A stretch of 63,216 nt of DNA, counting the filler, from Hyphochytrium catenoides (taxonomy: Eukaryota; Protista; Hyphochytriomycota), in assembly GCA_900088475.1 (NCBI GenBank). It is 7 parts of 7 records of this genome, joined end to end, with 100 filler letters (N's around TTAATTAATTAA, not from the genome) between each part and the next. Parts side by side here need not be neighbours in the genome. Positions count along the whole stretch, not along the records: positions 53,689 to 61,670 come from FLMG01003221.1; positions 61,771 to 63,216 come from FLMG01000306.1; 5 more parts are not named here. One strand, given 5' to 3'. How positions within the stretch are numbered: the first letter of the stretch is position 1; each line of letters opens with the position of its first letter. Shown here in pieces: positions 58,331-63,216 of the stretch. The notes beneath the pieces are model-generated. The model worked only from the letters and a program-made list of their open reading frames with translations. It had not been told where the DNA came from and ran no database searches. The translations under genes and the position numbers were made by a program.

Positions 58331-59365
58331 ATGATGGTCACGAAGGCCCACTATGTTGCCGGCATCCTCCTCGTTATTTCGCTCATCCATCGTGGCTACG
58401 GGCTAGACCAGCATACACCGGCACCTCTCGATGCTTTGTCTCCATCACTCCTAAAGGAAGAAGACAGCGACACCGACCCTCTTGGACTTTCTTCTACCGG
58501 TTCGTTTGCTGGCGAGAGGAGCGCGGGGAATGGAGAGGGAGAGAAGCACGGCAGGACCCTCACAGAACTTTCCTCTTGGCCTACCTTCAAGAAAGGGAGG
58601 GCATTGAGACGACTGAGTTCAGAGAGGATACTGAACTCCAAGCTGTGTTGGGAAGCAAAACAAACAAAACCAAGCTTATGGGAGATCACGTATGGAGCAT
58701 GCGCGTGCCCTGAGGGTGATTCCAGCTGCACTTACCACCTCTCAAGTGATGAAACACTGAGGAGATATGTTGGCCTCCAACTATGCGAGCAAGTGAATAA
58801 TGTCCAACGCCTTTGGGGTGACATCAAGCTCTTTAACCCCAGACGAGGTGCAAGGAAATTCAGAGAAAGAATACTACGCTCTCCGGAATGCACTGCTACG
58901 CGGCCCCTCATTAGGAAGATAGAAGATAGTCCTAACCAAGAATATGCTGCACCCAAACTTTTCGTCGACCTGGCGCGAGTGTTCGACCGCAAGAGCTTCT
59001 ATGAGGAAAAATGCGTTCAAAGCAAGTTGCCGTGGCTTCCAGCGGACCAGCTTCCCCAATGGCTCGCCTCCTATGACTCCAAGATTTCCAATAGGGTAGG
59101 CCAGGATAGAGTCATGGAACTATTGGAGGCGATAAGGTTGAAGACCTTTGGATCATCCTCTGAGCTCGGTGTACGCTGGAGGAACAGCATGGATGCAGAT
59201 GGCCTCGAGGAGCTGTTGAAGCTCAATATCTTGCCCAGAATCTGCCCTAATGGACTTGTTACAGGCGATGCGGTGGACCGGTATAAATATGTATACGACA
59301 TGGGAGATGGCAGGACGTGTCAAGATCACCGCTTAGGGCACACCGTGGGGGTGCGTAATCTATGA
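58331..59365 (+). CDS. Intronless 344-aa secreted protein of unknown family, with RxLxE/RxLR-like motifs and a Cys-containing mature region
   Basis: Longest non-repetitive ORF in the window. Signal-peptide-like MMVTKAHYVAGILLVISLIHRGYG, an acidic low-complexity pro-region, then 9 Cys. Confidence 0.7.
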   Translation: MMVTKAHYVAGILLVISLIHRGYGLDQHTPAPLDALSPSLLKEEDSDTDPLGLSSTGSFAGERSAGNGEGEKHGRTLTELSSWPTFKKGRALRRLSSERILNSKLCWEAKQTKPSLWEITYGACACPEGDSSCTYHLSSDETLRRYVGLQLCEQVNNVQRLWGDIKLFNPRRGARKFRERILRSPECTATRPLIRKIEDSPNQEYAAPKLFVDLARVFDRKSFYEEKCVQSKLPWLPADQLPQWLASYDSKISNRVGQDRVMELLEAIRLKTFGSSSELGVRWRNSMDADGLEELLKLNILPRICPNGLVTGDAVDRYKYVYDMGDGRTCQDHRLGHTVGVRNL

Positions 59366-59751
59366 AAGAGCAGAGGCCTTCTTCCTTCAACTGCGTCAAC
59401 ATCCTGCTGCGACATAGTAGATCTTCACTAGCTCGTGATAGATGGCTCGGTCGAAAGAACAAGACGCTTCCTTCTACTACTGCGGTGACCAAGCTGCATA
59501 TGATTGTACTGTTCTGCGTCCAGTAGCTCTGTTGGATGACCGTCGTATTGAGCGAGTTACTACCTACTTAGATGCTCATCACCTAGCTGCTCTGCCCTAC
59601 CTAGCTAAGATTAAATAGTAGTAAGTGTGTTCTTCCGCCGCCACCTCCAATTCAGGAGCTGCCGCTAATGTTGAAACCTCGTCGCGCCATTCTCTCTTCC
59701 CGTTCCATAGTAGTTCTCTTCTTATCAACTCTATCACAATGTCTTCTCTCC

Positions 59752-59782
<31 letters not shown>

Positions 59783-60264
59783 AATCTTCATTCACGCTCA
59801 CGCTGGCTGCTATGGCTGCTAGTGATGACGCTATTGCGTTCTCTTCTCTGCTCTTTCCTGGAGCCAGCAAGCCCCTTGACAAACTGTCTTTACATCTTCC
59901 TCCTATGATGATGGCTGATATCGCTACTCCGTCTATCATTACGTCAACGCCTAACCTTCTCACGGTTCGGATCCATGGCTGACTCCTAACAACTGTTCCT
60001 GTCTCTCATGATGAGACTTCTTTTAAACTGTCGGGCGGACTTCTGGGATCTTATCGACAGCTCATCAGCAAGCTTTCTTCGTGACGCCCTCTCATCCCTA
60101 TCTTCGTCCATCATAACACACATGTCAAAGAGCCCGTGATAGCACACTTAAAAGACGACGATGACCAAAGGAGGGCTTTCCCTTACCAATGTTTCCCATG
60201 GTTGAGATGTCCTGCAAAGAAAAAGTAGTAGCCGCTTCAGCTTTGCCTCACACTGTAAACGGGC

Positions 60265-60700
60265 TCTCCCCTCAAAACTGCCTCACAAGCTACTCAAAAG
60301 GTGCTACTGTAATAACCTGGTACCAATTACGCCCGTAAATCTACTCAAAGGGTGGGTGGGGAATTCACCCTCACGCCTGTTTAGGCGTAGACTATCAGCT
60401 CCCTACTCATTCTCTACTCATTGTTGATCTCAGCCCTCAAAAGGTGCTCCCAACATACTCAGCGACTTTGTGGTGCTTCAGGGCTACTCAGTTCCAACTC
60501 ACTGCCCAGCCGCTAGCTCAATATCCCCTCAAAAGTGACACAAATAATGGAGAGAGACTAGGTGTCAGGCGTCGGACATGTCATTGTTGGGCCTGACATG
60601 TCAGGCACCCCAAAAATTCATTTTTGTGAAAAGTTTTAGGGTATCTGGGTCGAGCCCAGGTCTGAAGATGGGTAATGTTCGACAGCTGACATGTCAGGCA
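60265..60700. repeat. Cluster of short dispersed motifs (CTCAAAAGGTG-like) and palindromes (GCCTGACATGTCAGGC at 60591-60606; CTGACATGTCAG at 60686-60697), possibly a DNA-transposon subterminal region
   Basis: The motifs are directly visible. The transposon interpretation is inference. Confidence 0.45.
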
Positions 60701-62124
60701 TTTTTAGGTCTAGTAACCAGTTTTTGGTTACTCATTCTGTACTTCCCAAAAGAATCTGCAGTCTGAGTCTGCAGTCTCCTTTCTGTTCTGTCCTTGCCAG
60801 AAGTTGAGAAGTTGAGAAGACTTGCACTTGTTGGCGGAGCACTAGTTCCTACTGGATCTAGGAGGAAACATCATCACCCTTATCGTTGCGGCTTGTTGAT
60901 CATCACCCTTATCATACATCCCTTCACCGTCTTGTGCTATCCTATGGCCTCGACCCAGCGTTTGGAATGGTCGCCGCAGGCCGCAGGGAAGTAAGGGCAG
61001 CCTACCGCTGCTAAACGATGAAAAGAAGCATGCATTCATTCCAAAGGAAGATTATCAGCCTGCTCTTCGTGGGTGAAGATGGTATTGGAAGGTGATTGAG
61101 TTTGTCTGGATCGGTCCTTGGGCCCTTCCTCCACCTCCCTGCTGCAGTTTGGCCCCTTGTTGAAGAATTCTTCTCGTCGCTCTCATCAATCGTCCGCCTA
61201 ATATTCAGAACGACGGACCTCTTGTTCTTTTTACCTCCTTCATCAAGACAACAAACCCTCTCGCTGCCTCTCTACTGACAATACTACTACTCCGTCCTCT
61301 ATAGTGATCTAATCCTCTCTTTCCCTTCCTCTATCCTCATCATCACATACACTCTCCTTCTCAAATCTCTTCTCTTTTTTCCCCCTCACAAGTGCTCTTT
61401 GTGTCCAGAGTCTTGTCCATCTCCTTTTCTCTCTAGCCAAAGGCCTCTCTTTCTCTCTCTTTCTCTTTTCTGCCTGATACATACTCTCTCTGAAGATCTG
61501 CTTTCTCTCCCTTTTTTATGTAACAAAGAAGCCATGCTCTCTCTGCTTAGTTGGTGCGCCTCTAACTCAATAATATGCTCTCGTACTACTTCTCACTAAA
61601 TAACACTATGCCGCAGACTAATATGTTCTCCATCTCCATCGTTTACTTCCGTGCCCTCTCTTATTCTACCNNNNNNNNNNNNNNNNNNNNNNNNNNNNNN
61701 NNNNNNNNNNNNNNTTAATTAATTAANNNNNNNNNNNNNNNNNNNNNNNNNNNNNNNNNNNNNNNNNNNNAGAGGAGAGGAAAAGGGGGGGGAGGAGGGG
61801 GAATATGCCCAGAGAGATGGCAGAAAGGACATGAGAGCGAATGAGGGGACAGACACAGAAACAGAGAGACAGTGAGAGGACAGCTTGAGTGAGGGATCTG
61901 AGTGAGAGAAAGAGAAAGAGCAGAAAGAGAGAGAGACACCCATAGAGGCAATGAGGGAGACAGACAGACATACAGGGGGAGAAAGAGAGAGAGAAAGAGA
62001 GACCGAGAGAGAGATAGAGAGAGTGAGAGAGAGAGAGAGAGAGAGGCGGAGAGAAAACAAGAGAGAGAGAGAGAGAGAGAGAGACAGAGGGGGAGAGAGG
62101 AGAGAATACAAGGGCGCAGCTTAC

Positions 62125-62782
62125 AGCTCGAGTGCTCTCTTGTTGGGCGCCTTAAGGTTTGGGGGAAAGTCTTTGAGGTAGAAGATTCGCTTGAGGAAAG
62201 TGAGCGCGGAGACGACGAAGTGAGAGTCAGGGCGCCACTCCTCGAACCGAAGACGGAGATCCAGCTGACGCGTCTGCAGAGAGAGAGAGAGAGAGAAAAA
62301 GGTGCGAGGGAGAGAGAGAGAAAAAGGTGTGAGGGAGAGAGAGACGGAAACCAGAGAGAGAGGAAGAGAGAGAGAGCGAGAGAACGAAGGAAGAGTGAGT
62401 GAGCAAGAAGGAATAACAGACTAAGAGGGAATAAAAAAGAAAGAGAGAGAAAAAAAGAGAGAAAGAGAGAGCGAGAGAGAGAGAGAGAGAGAGAGAGAAG
62501 ATGAAGAGGAACTAAAAGAAAGAGATAAAATGGCACGTTCTTTCGCAGTCAGTTGTCTTCGCCCTCCCTCTTTCCCTCCTGCTCTTCCCCTCTCTCTCTC
62601 TTCCTCTCGCTCTCTCTCTCTCTTTTAATTTTTCTCTTTCCAGCTGCCTCTTTCTCTAGCTGCCTCTTTCTCTCTCATTCTCTCGCTCTCTCTATTCATT
62701 CTTTCTTACCTCAGGAGAGACAAAAGGATGGAAGACATCCGAGGTGAAGACAATCTCTGGATAGGTTCCCACGTCATTGTAC
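62125..62782 (-). CDS. AKTIP: AKT-interacting protein / FTS / crossbronx-like inactive ubiquitin-conjugating (UEV) protein, two internal exons
   Basis: Exons 62782-62710 and 62273-62125 give YNDVGTYPEIVFTSDVFHPFVSPE-TRQLDLRLRFEEWRPDSHFVVSALTFLKRIFY...PNKRALEL. This matches AKTIP P.LVF...VFHPLV...GELDV...F..W.....ARRVFY, with Asp in place of the E2 catalytic Cys. Confidence 0.78.
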
Positions 62783-63216
62783 CTGCAAATAAATTTAAAA
62801 GGAGGGAAATAAAAAGAGGAGAGAGAGGAGAGAAAAAGAGAGAAGAGAGAGGGGTCAGAACAAGAGGGAGAGAGGTGAAGAAAGAAAGAGAGAAAGCGGA
62901 GAGGGAAGGAGAAAGAGTCGGAGAGAGACAGCGGTAGTCTCCTGAGGCAAGATAACATGAACGAAAGATGACCGGAGAGAAACAGAGGGGGAGAGAGACA
63001 GACAGCTTGAGAAAGGAAAGAGCGAGAGCAGTGCTTGCGGAGAGAACTTACGAAAGATGCACAAGTAAATGTAGAGTGAAACGAAAGAGACTGCGGAGCC
63101 AGTAGGAGAGAGAGAAGCAACGAACTCGAAAAACGAAAGAGAGACGCGGGAGAGACCTCAAAAGGAGGAAGGAGAGAGAGAGAGAGGGAGAACAACAGAG
63201 AGAGAGAGAGAGAGAG

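Noticed and set aside
14227-61770. Apparent cluster of membrane-trafficking genes (WASH1, COG4, BBS1, AKTIP) and the recurring TTAATTAATTAA motif
   Set aside because: The genes are on different scaffolds joined by artificial spacers. The motif is an assembly linker, so the adjacency has no biological meaning.

Overview
Eukaryotic, intron-dense protist-like genomic DNA that uses the standard genetic code. It is not one contiguous locus. Six artificial 100-bp spacers (N44-TTAATTAATTAA-N44) join seven unrelated scaffolds: 1-14226, 14327-19906, 20007-29893, 29994-36154, 36255-53588, 53689-61670 and 61771-63216. Most ORFs in the supplied track are artefacts of (GA)n/(CT)n microsatellites. Genes spliced by hand are PPP1R42/LRRC67, WASH1, a conserved multi-TM hypothetical protein, a jacalin-like type I membrane protein, COG4, an alpha/beta-hydrolase lacking its catalytic Ser, an APC amino-acid permease, DENR, BBS1 (22 exons) and an AKTIP/crossbronx-like E2 variant. 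One scaffold is a patchwork of decayed Ty1/copia elements. Highlights: (1) a U12-type AT-AC intron in BBS1, implying a minor spliceosome, plus a second GTATCCTT candidate; (2) a ~4.5-kb element with ~1.23-kb terminal inverted repeats and a degenerate 9-10 bp TSD; (3) next to it, an intronless secreted protein with RxLxE and RxLR-like motifs; (4) introns with (GA)-rich 5' halves and (CT)-rich 3' halves that could fold into splice-site-bridging stems; (5) a TAG/CTA excess in dead DNA suggesting CpA/CAG-directed C-to-T mutation. All identifications come from remembered family motifs, not database searches.
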